From positions 32,001 through 96,000 of IMG/VR virus record IMGVR_UViG_2636415425_000001: 64,000 nucleotides of DNA; one strand, written 5' to 3'. Within the stretch, counting starts at the first letter, position 1; each line of letters begins with the position of its first letter. The stretch is from a virus (taxonomy: Duplodnaviria > Caudoviricetes). The position numbers were made by a program, and so were the translations under genes. Positions 9,700-19,660 of the stretch are shown piece by piece. A model generated the notes under the pieces. That model had not been told where the DNA came from, did not search any database, and was given only the letters and a program-made list of their open reading frames with translations.

Positions 9700-10371
9700 C
9701 TACACCGACCGGGAGCGGTAAGGAGCCAGCTTGGCCTGGATGTCCGGCGGCAGGCCACCGCCCTGCGCGAGACCGCCTACCCAATATTCCCTGGCGTCGA
9801 TGTCCTGGACATCCAGCGATTTTAGCAGCGGATCGCGAGTCCGTGCGGCCCGCATGCCCTTGACGATGTCGACGACGGCGGACTCGATGTCGTATGGCAA
9901 CGTTCGGGCAGCGCCCTGGTCTGGCAGCAGCCATCCTGCGGTAAACCTGACCTCGATCTTGACCCGACAGCGCCAGAAGCACTCCTGATAGAAACCGAGG
10001 CCCCGCAATCTGGTCAGGACGCCGTTCCGCCCCTCGAGCTCATACTGCTCGGCGGTGAGATCGACATCATTCTCTTTGATGTAGGCGATCGCGGTCACCG
10101 GCCTGCGAGCCAGGACCAGCTTGGTCAGACCGCGATGCTGGTCCCGGAGTAGGAAGGTCTGGATCAGTTCCTCCGACGCCAGCGTGCGCGTGCCGTCATC
10201 GGCCATTGTCACCCTAAGATGGGAGCACACCATCGCGCTGGCGCGCGCGATGGCTTCGTCGATATAGGCATCTTCGGCCGTGCCGCTGATTTTCAGGTCG
10301 GATTTGATCGTATCCCGGAGGGTCAGCGCAGTCAGCGCTGCCGGGACCGCCCGAACGATGGTGCTCAGCAT
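9700..10371 (-). CDS. Head-tail adaptor (gp6-like)
   Basis: 223 aa; IKSDLKI...EDAYIDEAIARAS, VRFTAGW, LPYDIESAV, C-terminal LAPYR. Confidence 0.8.
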   Translation of the reverse strand: MLSTIVRAVPAALTALTLRDTIKSDLKISGTAEDAYIDEAIARASAMVCSHLRVTMADDGTRTLASEELIQTFLLRDQHRGLTKLVLARRPVTAIAYIKENDVDLTAEQYELEGRNGVLTRLRGLGFYQECFWRCRVKIEVRFTAGWLLPDQGAARTLPYDIESAVVDIVKGMRAARTRDPLLKSLDVQDIDAREYWVGGLAQGGGLPPDIQAKLAPYRSRSV

Positions 10372-10402
10372 CTACGCCTCACCAGCACAGCCGATCCAGA
10401 TA

Positions 10403-10909
10403 TCAGCCGGCCTTGGAAGCGCCGGCGCCAGCGTCCGTGCCGGCAGCACTGCCACCGGCGCCGTCCTGCGCGCCGCCGGCGGCCGCCTGACCTCCGGTGC
10501 CCTCCGACTGCCCCTCCGAATGACCATCGGTGGTATCGCCGGTCTGACCAGCAGCCGAAGTCTCGGGGTTCGCGCGGCGATCGACTTCCGCCTGGACGAT
10601 CGTGCGAGCCTCATCGGTGCCTGCCACTGGTTTGCCGAAGATCTTCTCGGCCAGCGCCTTCAGCGCGAACCATTTCAGCTTCGACCAGTTCTCCGGGATC
10701 TCGACCTGGCCATCGACCACGATGACTTTCCCCCCACCATCACCAGCGCCGGCGGCGTCAGCCCCTTCGCTGCCCTCCGGGACTGCCAGCCCATATTTCA
10801 GCGCGGTCTCGGCGAGATCACCATCGATCACATCGCCTTCGACGAAATTGGTTGGATCGGTCTCGCCGTCCCTGACACCCGGAAAGGGCGTAATGACTAC
10901 TGCGCTCAT
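10403..10909 (-). CDS. Hypothetical head-associated protein
   Basis: 168 aa with a Gly/Ala-rich tail, in operon. Confidence 0.6.
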   Translation of the reverse strand: MSAVVITPFPGVRDGETDPTNFVEGDVIDGDLAETALKYGLAVPEGSEGADAAGAGDGGGKVIVVDGQVEIPENWSKLKWFALKALAEKIFGKPVAGTDEARTIVQAEVDRRANPETSAAGQTGDTTDGHSEGQSEGTGGQAAAGGAQDGAGGSAAGTDAGAGASKAG

Positions 10910-10999
10910 GGCAGATCTCCCTTAGTTTGGAACACACGACCCCAGGTCGCGGCGCCGTTTGGACGACGGCGCCGCACCGGATCGCGAGAGCCTCTCAGG

Positions 11000-11395
11000 T
11001 TACGCAAGTGGCGAGACGCGGGCCCGCGAGCGGATGACTGCCATCGACTGCAGCATGCCCGTGGTCGCGCCAGCCGTGACGATCGAGCCACGGACATAGC
11101 GCTTGCTGCCGACATAACCGACGCGCTGAACAGCGTTCTGGCCGGCAGCGCTCGTAACCGGGGCGAAACCGCCCTGGATGTCGGAGGCAGCAGCGGCGAC
11201 GTAGTTTGTGCCATCGTCGCTGTGCTGGATCGACGGGGTATGCGAGCCATCGGTCCAGGCGCCGGCTTCGAATGCGAACATCACGCTCTCGTAGCCCTGG
11301 AGGTCGACGGTTGCGCCGTTCGCGGTGCCGTTCACACGGGCCGCCGGCGCAAGGGTCTGAGCAACGTCAACGTTGCTCCGGAGATCACGCTTCAT
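11000..11395 (-). CDS. Capsid decoration/cement-like protein
   Basis: 131 aa directly after the MCP; beta-rich NGATVDLQGY...IQHSDDGTNY...GYVGSKRYVR. Confidence 0.65.
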   Translation of the reverse strand: MKRDLRSNVDVAQTLAPAARVNGTANGATVDLQGYESVMFAFEAGAWTDGSHTPSIQHSDDGTNYVAAAASDIQGGFAPVTSAAGQNAVQRVGYVGSKRYVRGSIVTAGATTGMLQSMAVIRSRARVSPLA

Positions 11396-11490
11396 AGCGC
11401 TGGTCCCTTCTGAAGGTTGAGGAAATGGTGGAGCAGTGCCGCGGCCCGGCGAGCGCCGAGCCGCGCTAATGAACGATGCTCGAAGCGCGC

Positions 11491-12909
11491 TTACGCGAAC
11501 TTCAGGAGCTTGATCGCCTCGAAGTTCTGGACACCACCGCCGACGCGCTTAGTCGTGTAGAACAGCACGTAGGGCTTGGCGGTGTACGGGTCGCGCAGGA
11601 CGCGGATGCCGATCCGATCGATGATCAGATAGCCGCGCTTGAAGTCGCCATAGGCGACCGAGAGCGAGTTGGCACCCATGTCCGGCATGTCCGGCATCTC
11701 GACCGCCGGCCGTCCGAGAATCTCCTCAATGAAGCCCTCCTGGCGGAGGACCATGTTGAGAAGATAGTTGCCCTGGCCATCCTTCAGCTTCCGGATCGCA
11801 CCGAGCGTGCCGCGGTTCGCGATGAACGTCGAATTGATGCGGTACGGGCTCTTCACCGAATGCAGGAGGTCGACCAGGCAGTCCGCCGGGTTGGTGGCCG
11901 CGAAGGCGCCGGCTGCACCGGTGGTCACAAAGCCGATCTTGCCCCAGGCATAGGCGGCATTCGCAACAGTCTGATAACCGCCAATGATACCGTTCGGCTT
12001 GTTCTGGCCGTCGCCGACCACGAAGGCGTTGCCCTCCTGACGAGCGAACTCCAGTTGCACCTCGCCGGCGATCCAGGCGCCGATGTCGACGAAGGCATCG
12101 TCGAGAAGGCTCTGGGAAGCTGCCGGCATGGCGTACATTTCCATGACCGGGAACTTCAGTTCGCTCAAATTCGAGCCCGCGGTCTGCGGACGGGAATCGA
12201 CTTCGCCGACCCAGCCCGACGCCGTACCGTGCTGGTTGACCAGCTTGCGGTACTCCGAGGTGCCAATCGTGCGGACCGTGGCAAGATCGCGCATCGGCGA
12301 GATCTGCTGCACAACCTCGTCGATCGTCTGCTCGATCTCCGGCAGAACGGTGTAGCCACCATCCGGATCGGAGCCGATCGACATCGCGGCCTTGACCTCG
12401 AGGTCGCGAAGCGCCGAAGCGCCACCCTGGAGGGCGTTCTCACCACGGCGGAAGTACGTGGCGAACGCCTTAGCGTACTCCGGCAGGTTCGGGTTCGAGA
12501 CGCGCGGATCCTTGGAGGCCTTGGCGCCACCACCGCCGAGAGCGGTCAGGGAAGCCTGCTTCTCGTTGAGCTTCTCGATGTCCGCCAGCACCTTCTTGAT
12601 GAGGGCGTCGGCATCCTTGTTCGCCTGGACAAGCTCATCGACCGAGGCGTTGATCTTGTTGACCTTCTCGTCGGTTACGGCGTCCGCCTTGTTCTTCAGG
12701 GCGGCATCGTTCTCCGTCTTGAAGGTGGCGAAGGTCGCCTGGAGCTGTTCGTAGCTGGTCTTCTGGGCAGCCTTGAACTGGTCCAGATTGGTGGTGAGCT
12801 GCTGCACGAGCTCAGCAACGTTCGCACCGTCAGCACGGATACCGCCGAGCATGAGGGCACGAGGCGCAGCCGACTGCAGCGCGCGCGGATTAACGTGGCG
12901 CATAGCCAA
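11491..12909 (-). CDS. Major capsid protein, HK97 fold
   Basis: 472 aa; coiled-coil delta domain, DGGYTVLPE, WVGE, GDGQNKPNG, GDFKRGYLIIDR, KRVGGGV. Confidence 0.95.
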   Translation of the reverse strand: MAMRHVNPRALQSAAPRALMLGGIRADGANVAELVQQLTTNLDQFKAAQKTSYEQLQATFATFKTENDAALKNKADAVTDEKVNKINASVDELVQANKDADALIKKVLADIEKLNEKQASLTALGGGGAKASKDPRVSNPNLPEYAKAFATYFRRGENALQGGASALRDLEVKAAMSIGSDPDGGYTVLPEIEQTIDEVVQQISPMRDLATVRTIGTSEYRKLVNQHGTASGWVGEVDSRPQTAGSNLSELKFPVMEMYAMPAASQSLLDDAFVDIGAWIAGEVQLEFARQEGNAFVVGDGQNKPNGIIGGYQTVANAAYAWGKIGFVTTGAAGAFAATNPADCLVDLLHSVKSPYRINSTFIANRGTLGAIRKLKDGQGNYLLNMVLRQEGFIEEILGRPAVEMPDMPDMGANSLSVAYGDFKRGYLIIDRIGIRVLRDPYTAKPYVLFYTTKRVGGGVQNFEAIKLLKFA

Positions 12910-12931
12910 TTCCTTCAGATTTTGAGGGGTT

Positions 12932-14326
12932 TCAGGACTTCAGGGACTGATTCAGGCCAGCGAGGGCCGCGATCAGGTCAGCGTCACCAGCGCCAGGCGT
13001 GGTGGTGGTGACGTCAGCGCCAGGCTTGACGTCGGTTTGACCAGCGGTCGCCGCAGGCGAGCCGCTCTTCAAATCTCGGATGAGCGAACGGAACGTGCCG
13101 CGGGACATGCCTTCATGTCCGGCATCGTTCTTCGTCAGGATCTTCTCGATTTCGCGCACCGCCGGCGTGCCTTCCTGGCTCGCCGCGCTCACGATCATGT
13201 TGCGGGCCTGCGCCGCCGGGACATGGCCACGGCGGACCAACGCAGCCTCGATGTGGAGAGCCGCAATCTTCGACTTCGAGCTCGCCGCCGCGGCCTTGTC
13301 TTCCTTGATCTTGTCCTGCGACAGGATCGTATCGGCGAACCCCTCGTCGATCGCCTGCTTCGCGCCGATGAACGTCTCGTCGTCCATGTAGTTCTGGACG
13401 TGGGCGGTCTTCATGTCGGTGCGGGCGACGTAGATGTCGCACAGCGCCTGATCGAAAGGCTCGAGATAGTCAGCGACGTCGCGCATGTCGTTGCGGTTGC
13501 CGATCGCCATGACCCAGCAGTTGTGGATCATGATGAAGGCGCCCTGCCCGATCTGGATCTCGTCGCCGGCCATGGCGATCACCGATGCGGCGCTCGCGGC
13601 CAGCGCCATGACCTTCACGGTCACTTTGCCCGGATACTGGTTGAACAGATTGTAGATCGAGATGCCTTCGAACATATCGCCGCCGGGCGAATTGATCTGC
13701 ACCTCGACCGGTTGGCCGCCGAAGCTTTTCAGCTGGTCCGAGATCCACTTATCGGTGATGCCGCCACCGGTCCAAAAGTCGTAACCGATGACGTCGAAGA
13801 TCTCGATGACGTTCTTCTCGTCAGCGGCCGCGGCGCGAATGCCGGGATTCCAGCGCGAGAAGCAGTCCGGGCTCGCCGGCGCCGAACTCGCGAGATCGGA
13901 CCGCGGCTGCACCTCAATCCGAGGCGGGCGGTTCGCGACCGTGATCGCGCCGGCGCTCGGGCCCTTTCCGGCGTCGGCCTGGCTCGAGTCGCTGTCGCCG
14001 TTGATCTCATCGAGCAGCGCGCCGGCAGCGTCATAGATGGCCTTGTCCTTCTGCGCGCTCGAACGTGACCGGATCGACACCAGCGCGCTTTTGTAGATCT
14101 TGCCACCCTTCGCGAAGGGATACTTCCAGTGGTCCTTGGTGTCGAAGCTCTCGGTCGTGTCGACGCCGAGATGGTTCTTGCCATAGGTCGCCCAATCCGT
14201 GCCGGCATCACCGAGCAACGCATTGCCGTCGTCGGCAGTGAATGACCACGCCGAGTCCCGATCGATGTTGTCGCCGGCGATGAGTTCGCGCGCGTAGGCG
14301 CGGCCGGCGCGATTGAGATCAGCCAT
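12932..14326 (-). CDS. Prohead protease, ClpP (S14)-type, with extra N-terminal domain
   Basis: INSPGGD, LAASAASVIAMAGD, IMIHN and DETFIGAKQAIDEGFAD motifs. Confidence 0.9.
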   Translation of the reverse strand: MADLNRAGRAYARELIAGDNIDRDSAWSFTADDGNALLGDAGTDWATYGKNHLGVDTTESFDTKDHWKYPFAKGGKIYKSALVSIRSRSSAQKDKAIYDAAGALLDEINGDSDSSQADAGKGPSAGAITVANRPPRIEVQPRSDLASSAPASPDCFSRWNPGIRAAAADEKNVIEIFDVIGYDFWTGGGITDKWISDQLKSFGGQPVEVQINSPGGDMFEGISIYNLFNQYPGKVTVKVMALAASAASVIAMAGDEIQIGQGAFIMIHNCWVMAIGNRNDMRDVADYLEPFDQALCDIYVARTDMKTAHVQNYMDDETFIGAKQAIDEGFADTILSQDKIKEDKAAAASSKSKIAALHIEAALVRRGHVPAAQARNMIVSAASQEGTPAVREIEKILTKNDAGHEGMSRGTFRSLIRDLKSGSPAATAGQTDVKPGADVTTTTPGAGDADLIAALAGLNQSLKS

Positions 14327-14338
14327 GTGCCCTCTCGA

Positions 14339-15631
14339 TTACTTTGATGTCGGAGCGTTCGGATCGTGCGCGGCCAAGTCGTTGGTCGCTTTGTTCGCAT
14401 CCTGCATGTTCACGGCCTGCAGGTAGGTATCGCCGCCTTCGATCGGATTCTCGTCTTCCATCTCGCGGACGTCGTTCGCCGACCACCAGCCCCATTGACG
14501 GCCGACGGCGTACGACAGCATCCGCGTCTTGATGTCAGCCCGCATCAGGCCCGCTGGATTGATCCGGACGTAGAGATTCGGATCGTCGGCCGGCTGCAGG
14601 TCGCGCTTGATCGCGTCTTGCCACATCGTGAACCAGTCCTGGAGCGTGTAGGCGACGAACCCGATGCCCATCGACTCGATGCCGGAGCCCCACGACGTTT
14701 GCTTTGTCGTCAGACCGACCATGAACGGCGGCACGCCGAAGAACATGCAGATCTCAGTCGCCGTGATCTCCCGGTTCTCGATGAACTGCATATCCTCGTT
14801 GCTGAGGTCGACCTTCTCCCATTTCAACCCGCCCTCGAGGATGAGGGTTTTGTGCGCGTTCTCTGCTCCGCGGTACTCGTCGAGGTTGGCCTTCAGGCGA
14901 TCCTTTTCCGGATCGTCCATCTCACCCTCGGTTGACAGCACCGTCCCAACCGAGGTGCCGTTCTTGTACATCTTAGCCAAGCGTTTCTCGGACTGGATCG
15001 AGATGCCGAGCGTCTCACGGGCGAAACCGAGTACCGACAAGCCGTTGATGCCGTCGAGCGACATGCCACGGAGATGCAGCATGTCTTCCTGGGCGATGGT
15101 GACCTGACCACCGTCGGGGCGCGTATAGGTGTATGTCAGCGTGAAGTCGGAATTCTGCCTCACTTGCATGGCGCCGGTCAGCGGGATCAGCCACTTGATC
15201 TTGCCGATGGCACCACGAACGATCAGCGCGTAGCCGTTACCGCGCATCAACACCATCATCTGCATGAGGCGCTTGAACTCGCTCGGCGTCTGCCAAGGGT
15301 TCGGCTTCGTCTTCAGGACGTTCCAAATCACGGCGTCCTCGGCGTCGACCCGGTTCTTCCCGACACGCCGCTTGATGTCCATTGGCAGCGTCGCCATAGC
15401 GCCGCAGATGATGGCCGAACACCGATATGCGGTGGCAACCTTCAGCGCGCTATGCGGCGTGACCGGCGCGCCGGCCTCGCTTTCATAGCCGCGGCCGCGC
15501 AGCCATTCCGACACCCGAGGGTCGTCGAGGTCGAGCATCTCCGACACCTCGACGGATGCATTGATCCGCGGCTCGCGCCGCTGCTCGACTGGAACGCCGC
15601 CGCCAGATCTGAAGAAATCGAGAAATCCCAT
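14339..15631 (-). CDS. Portal protein, HK97 family
   Basis: 430 aa; KPNPWQT, GNGYA, LHLRGMSLDGINGLS, FGVPP. Confidence 0.95.
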   Translation of the reverse strand: MGFLDFFRSGGGVPVEQRREPRINASVEVSEMLDLDDPRVSEWLRGRGYESEAGAPVTPHSALKVATAYRCSAIICGAMATLPMDIKRRVGKNRVDAEDAVIWNVLKTKPNPWQTPSEFKRLMQMMVLMRGNGYALIVRGAIGKIKWLIPLTGAMQVRQNSDFTLTYTYTRPDGGQVTIAQEDMLHLRGMSLDGINGLSVLGFARETLGISIQSEKRLAKMYKNGTSVGTVLSTEGEMDDPEKDRLKANLDEYRGAENAHKTLILEGGLKWEKVDLSNEDMQFIENREITATEICMFFGVPPFMVGLTTKQTSWGSGIESMGIGFVAYTLQDWFTMWQDAIKRDLQPADDPNLYVRINPAGLMRADIKTRMLSYAVGRQWGWWSANDVREMEDENPIEGGDTYLQAVNMQDANKATNDLAAHDPNAPTSK

Positions 15632-15640
15632 TCAGACCCC

Positions 15641-17323
15641 TCAAAGGACCGTTGCCCTCGGCTTTGCGCGGCCATGAGCCTTCGGGTTGGTCGCCATCAG
15701 ATAGGCGGAGTTGAACATTGCGATCGCGGGATCGATCTTGGAGTCGCCGGCGGTCTGCTTCGTCGCGCGGATCGCCGTTGCCGTCGGCTCGATCTTCAGG
15801 TTGCTGACGCACCAATCCATCATCGGGCTCGGAGCGTGCCGAAGCTTCCCGGAAACCAGCATGCGTTCGCAGGTCTTGATGCTGTTCATCATGCCGAAGC
15901 CCTGGGGGGCGCCGATGAGCAGCTTGTTGTCGACCGTGATATCGACGTCCTTGTCCGCCAAGGCATCGACGAATTCGCCGAGACCAGCCGGGTCGACCGC
16001 GACACCGCCGAGAAGGCGCCGGTCCTTCACCAACTTGATGATGCGGACGATCTTCGAGATGTCCTGCAACGAGTCATCGACGATGGTGAGATCGCCCTCC
16101 TTCTCAAACTGAAGCAGGCGCGGTGCGATCGACTGCCTGAGTTCGAGCACGCCGCGGTGGCACCAGGCATGAACCCAGAGCAACCAGTCGCGGGTTTCGC
16201 GGTGCCGCCCCAGGAGGCTGAGGCCGAACAAGTCGTCGAGACCGCCGCCATCGATACCAGGGACGATGACGTCGCAAACCTTGAACAGGTACCGCAGAGT
16301 GATCCGGTCGTCGTCACGCTTCTGCCAGTGCGCGGCACCTGCCCAGCGGTTCGCCCGGAGGTTCATGCCGATCTCGACGTTGAGATGCTTGGCCAGGAAG
16401 GTCCGGAGCGCGTCCTCGCTGCCGCGCTGGGCCTTGATTAGTTCGCCGAGCAGCCATTCCGTGCTGACTGACTTGTCGAGGTTCGGGTTGGTGATCCGCC
16501 AGTTCTTCGGATCGAGATAGCCTTTCGCGGCGAGGATGGCAGCCGGGAATTCGTACAGCACGCCGAGGCTGGTCGGATCCACGATCTTTCCGTCGCGGAC
16601 GTCGCGGAAGTAATCCAGCTTCTCCTTGAACACGCCGGTCGGCGGAGCATCCGACTGGGTCGTCAGGAAGATGACGAACCCCTCGGGCCTCGAGACCAGG
16701 CCGCCGAGCGCTTCCTGGAACATCGAAGCGGCGTGAGCGCGCTTGCCGAAGATCCAGAGCTCGTCGACGAGCACGAAGGCCGCCTTCTTGCCGCCGACAA
16801 CGTCGGTGTCGGCGGCGACGACCTTCAGGACCGCGTCTGTCGTCAGATGTGTGATCTGCCGATAGTTGTCCTGGACGTGCAGCAGATCCTTCAGCTTGGG
16901 GTGCAGCCTGACCATGGCCGCCGCCGGCACAAACGAGTTGTTGGCGATCTCGATCGTCGGCGCCAGGATGAGCAGTTCGGCGCCGTGCCGCCAGTTCCGC
17001 ACCAGCGCGGTAACCATGATGCCGGCTGCGATCGTCGACTTGGTGTTCTTCTTGCTGATCAGCAGCAAGAACTCGCGGATCAACCGCTTCGCCTGCCCGT
17101 GATCATAGGCGCCGAAGATCGCCCGGACGAAATCGAACACCCATGGCTCGCAGGCCTCGCCGAAGGTCGGCTGCCGCGGCAGATCGTAGATCCGGAGCGA
17201 CTTGAACACCTCGAGCGCGGCGTCCGCTTCGTCCGGGAACAGCGGCTCGAACGGCACCAGGCTCTCGCCTGCGACAATCCTCCGTTCCCAATCGATGCAC
17301 GCTGTGGACCAAGCCAGCGTCAT
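15641..17323 (-). CDS. terL: Terminase large subunit
   Basis: 560 aa; Walker A-like KKNTKST, Walker B VLVDE, nuclease GIDGGGLDDL, KIDPAIA. Confidence 0.95.
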   Translation of the reverse strand: MTLAWSTACIDWERRIVAGESLVPFEPLFPDEADAALEVFKSLRIYDLPRQPTFGEACEPWVFDFVRAIFGAYDHGQAKRLIREFLLLISKKNTKSTIAAGIMVTALVRNWRHGAELLILAPTIEIANNSFVPAAAMVRLHPKLKDLLHVQDNYRQITHLTTDAVLKVVAADTDVVGGKKAAFVLVDELWIFGKRAHAASMFQEALGGLVSRPEGFVIFLTTQSDAPPTGVFKEKLDYFRDVRDGKIVDPTSLGVLYEFPAAILAAKGYLDPKNWRITNPNLDKSVSTEWLLGELIKAQRGSEDALRTFLAKHLNVEIGMNLRANRWAGAAHWQKRDDDRITLRYLFKVCDVIVPGIDGGGLDDLFGLSLLGRHRETRDWLLWVHAWCHRGVLELRQSIAPRLLQFEKEGDLTIVDDSLQDISKIVRIIKLVKDRRLLGGVAVDPAGLGEFVDALADKDVDITVDNKLLIGAPQGFGMMNSIKTCERMLVSGKLRHAPSPMMDWCVSNLKIEPTATAIRATKQTAGDSKIDPAIAMFNSAYLMATNPKAHGRAKPRATVL

Positions 17324-17517
17324 TGCGATCGCGACGACCTGTGGCGCCGCCGAAGCTCTTTGTGCAGGCCGGTGACGAGAGGCTCAGCGCGCCGCTGGCC
17401 GCACCGGGACAGGATGGCGACCGCTCTATCGAGCGTGCAGAACGGCAGGCGACGCATGATCCGCATGGCGACGACGCGCCGACCGGGGCGCTCGTGATAC
17501 GACTGCCGCCCGTACAC
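17320..17517 (-). CDS. Small basic hypothetical protein between terS and terL
   Basis: 65 aa; its stop overlaps the terL ATG (ATGA). Confidence 0.45.
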   Translation of the reverse strand: MYGRQSYHERPGRRVVAMRIMRRLPFCTLDRAVAILSRCGQRRAEPLVTGLHKELRRRHRSSRSQ

Positions 17518-17522
17518 GCCGG

Positions 17523-17978
17523 CTACTCATTGACCGCGGTGTTGTCGATCACCAGGCCGATCTTTGGCGGCTCAGGCGGCTGAAACGCTCCCGACGCCGC
17601 AACTCGTTCTGCCGCGGCCTTGCGCTCGGCCTTCTTGCCGACCTTCTCCGGCGCAGGTGGTGCAGCCGGCACTTCGCCGCCCGCCCTGCCCAGATCCGCG
17701 ATCGCCTGCGCGGCCGCCGACACCCGAGTCATCTCCTCGAGCTTCTTGATGCAGGTGGCGTTGCCCTTCTTCGCCTGCTTGAACAGGAGCCCGACCACCT
17801 CGGCCCGCTTCTTGGCCACGCCGGTCGCGATCTCGTCAGGGAAGGACTTTGCCAACGTCGGCGTCGAGATCCCGAGCACCCGAGCGCATTCGTCCTGGGA
17901 CATTCCGCACGCGATCCACTCTTCGACCTTCGTGCGCTGCGCTTTCGTCGGTTTGAACGCCGGCCGACCTCGGGCCAT
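17523..17978 (-). CDS. terS: Terminase small subunit
   Basis: MARGRPAFKPT... HTH (MSQDECARVLGISTPTLAK), AKKGNATCI; upstream of terL. Confidence 0.8.
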   Translation of the reverse strand: MARGRPAFKPTKAQRTKVEEWIACGMSQDECARVLGISTPTLAKSFPDEIATGVAKKRAEVVGLLFKQAKKGNATCIKKLEEMTRVSAAAQAIADLGRAGGEVPAAPPAPEKVGKKAERKAAAERVAASGAFQPPEPPKIGLVIDNTAVNE

Positions 17979-18019
17979 GCCGAAACTCCAATTTCTTTGC
18001 CGTTCTTGGCGTTCCGGAC

Positions 18020-18115
18020 AAATTTTCCGGCCAGCCAAAAAAAATTGCGCGAATGAGCCCCCGTGCGGTCCGTGCCCCCGCCGGTTCCCAGACTTTCCGA
18101 CCCCATACCCCTTGG
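18020..18115. other. Probable cos/packaging-initiation region
   Basis: Minus strand reads GGGGTATGGGGTCGGAAAGTCT...GGACCGCACGGGGGCTC..CGCGCAATTTTTTTT just upstream of terS. This G-run/GACC/T-run pattern resembles the cos regions of HK97-like phages. Confidence 0.5.
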
Positions 18116-18559
18116 CCGAGCATGGCCGGCCGGCTTGCGGCGGGTTGGCGTGTCGTTAGCGCTGGCGTGCGATAGGCCGAGGCGCGTAGCCTGGCCGATT
18201 AGTGTCAACCCTGCAGGCTACATGCTGGCGCCGCTGGCGCCGCGCCGCGCGCGCGGTAGCCTTCCGCGCTTCTGTCTCGAATAGCTGGCGCTAGTGGCGT
18301 TGCGCGGTTGACGTCGCGGCCTTGCATCGATCCGCCGAGGCCGAGGCCAGAAATGCAAAACCCGCCGAGGCTTCCCGCGGCGGGTTGGCTGCAGTGACAC
18401 TGCGCCGAATGCCTGTTCTGAATCATAACTGGAGTCGGACTGTCAAACCCGGTTCCGCTACTCGGCGGTGCATGACGGCGCCGCGCGGCCTCGGCCTCTC
18501 CCTCTTCTGTGATAGCTATTGCTTACGGACTGTTGAAACTCACGGAATAGGGAAACCCA

Positions 18560-18871
18560 ATGACTGCAGCAAAGGCGGATAAGACGGCGCCGAGGCAAGC
18601 CGGCAAAGGCCGCGCCTATGCCTCGGCCGGCGCCGCAATGCGAATCAGCGCGGCCGAATTCATGGCTTGGCAGGAAGAGCTACGCCTATCCAATGGCGCC
18701 GCAGCTGCAGCGCTATTCATCTCGCCCAATACCGTTACAGCGGTGCGCGCGGAAGGCGGTAGCGCTGAACTGGCGCTGAAGTGTCGCGCCATCGCCGCCG
18801 GCCTTTCGCCAGCGCTACCCATGCAAGAGGCCTTTCGCCTCGGCCGAATTGCCGCGATCCTGCAGGAATAG
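18560..18871 (+). CDS. XRE-like HTH protein at the start of the accessory array
   Basis: ISAAEFMAWQEELRLSNGAAAAALFISPNTV...LKCRAIAAGL. Confidence 0.7.
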   Translation: MTAAKADKTAPRQAGKGRAYASAGAAMRISAAEFMAWQEELRLSNGAAAAALFISPNTVTAVRAEGGSAELALKCRAIAAGLSPALPMQEAFRLGRIAAILQE

Positions 18872-18945
18872 AGCCGCAATTCCCTCTAGTGTGAGTCCGG
18901 CCGGGCTAAAGGCTATCTTTTTTCACAGAACAGCGAATTAGGGGA

Positions 18946-18975
18946 TTGACACGCGCCGCGCTTTATAGGCATGTG
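18946..18975 (+). promoter_or_regulatory. Putative sigma70 promoter for the array
   Basis: Perfect TTGACA at 18946; weak -10. Similar TTGAC-N16/17-CATG/CATT arrangements occur at 20560 and 25880. Confidence 0.4.
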
Positions 18976-19018
18976 CGGTTTGTGAGGCGCGATTGTGCGC
19001 AAATCTAAAGGCCGCGAA

Positions 19019-19192
19019 ATGAACGCTTTCATTTCCTCTTGCATCGCAAATCCGGCTTTGGCCGGTTTCCTCTTTGCTGCGATCTATTCCCTTTGCTGGG
19101 CTGGCCTAGCTCCCTTCCTGTATGCGCCGGCAAAGCCTCGGCGCCTCATGATCCGGCGCCGCGCGCGCCGTTCCAGTTCGCCGCGCCGCTAA
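19019..19192 (+). CDS. Small membrane protein
   Basis: 57 aa; one TM segment plus an Arg-rich tail; follows repeat A1. Confidence 0.6.
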   Translation: MNAFISSCIANPALAGFLFAAIYSLCWAGLAPFLYAPAKPRRLMIRRRARRSSSPRR

Positions 19193-19243
19193 CCCGGCAA
19201 GGCTCAACCCGCGCAATCGTGCGCAAATCGAAAAGGTAAGACA

Positions 19244-19429
19244 GTGACAAACTCAACCGTGAAAAGCCTCTTGCACCATGCGGCCGCGGCGATCCGGGTT
19301 GGAAACCTCACACTCGCATTGCGGCTTGTGTCCAATGCCGAATGCCTGGCCTCGGCGGACGAAACCATTTCCGCGGTGCGCCTCGGCCATATTCGCACCG
19401 CGCGGCTTGCGCTCGCAATCGCGAACTGA
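19244..19429 (+). CDS. Hypothetical protein
   Basis: 61 aa after repeat A2 and SD. Confidence 0.65.
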   Translation: MTNSTVKSLLHHAAAAIRVGNLTLALRLVSNAECLASADETISAVRLGHIRTARLALAIAN

Positions 19430-19442
19430 GGAGCGCGCGACA

Positions 19443-19655
19443 ATGGCAACCGCCACAATCAAAAAGCGCGATCATGTCACCTATGTTTGCAGCGCTGGTG
19501 TCACCGTTACCGCCATCGTTCGCACCGCGCACCGCGACGGTACCGCTACGGTTGAGGCCCGGCATATGCTGGACTCGGCCGGCAATATCCGCGGTTGCTA
19601 TCTCGGTTACCGCTACCGTTTCGACGCCAGCGATCTAACCCGGGTTGAGGCATAA
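19443..19655 (+). CDS. Hypothetical SH3-like small protein
   Basis: 70 aa MATATIKKRDHVTY...; SD GAGGAG. Confidence 0.65.
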   Translation: MATATIKKRDHVTYVCSAGVTVTAIVRTAHRDGTATVEARHMLDSAGNIRGCYLGYRYRFDASDLTRVEA

Positions 19656-19660
19656 CGCAC

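Noticed and set aside
11476-16441. Long plus-strand ORFs (e.g. 11476..13011, 15074..16441; likewise 6349..7398, 41101..42654, 42699..44075)
   Set aside because: These are antisense shadows of well-supported minus-strand genes, expected in high-GC DNA.
17030-17060. Inactive terminase because Walker A reads KKNTKST
   Set aside because: Non-Gly variants at this position occur in this terminase group, and all other motifs and the ORF are intact.
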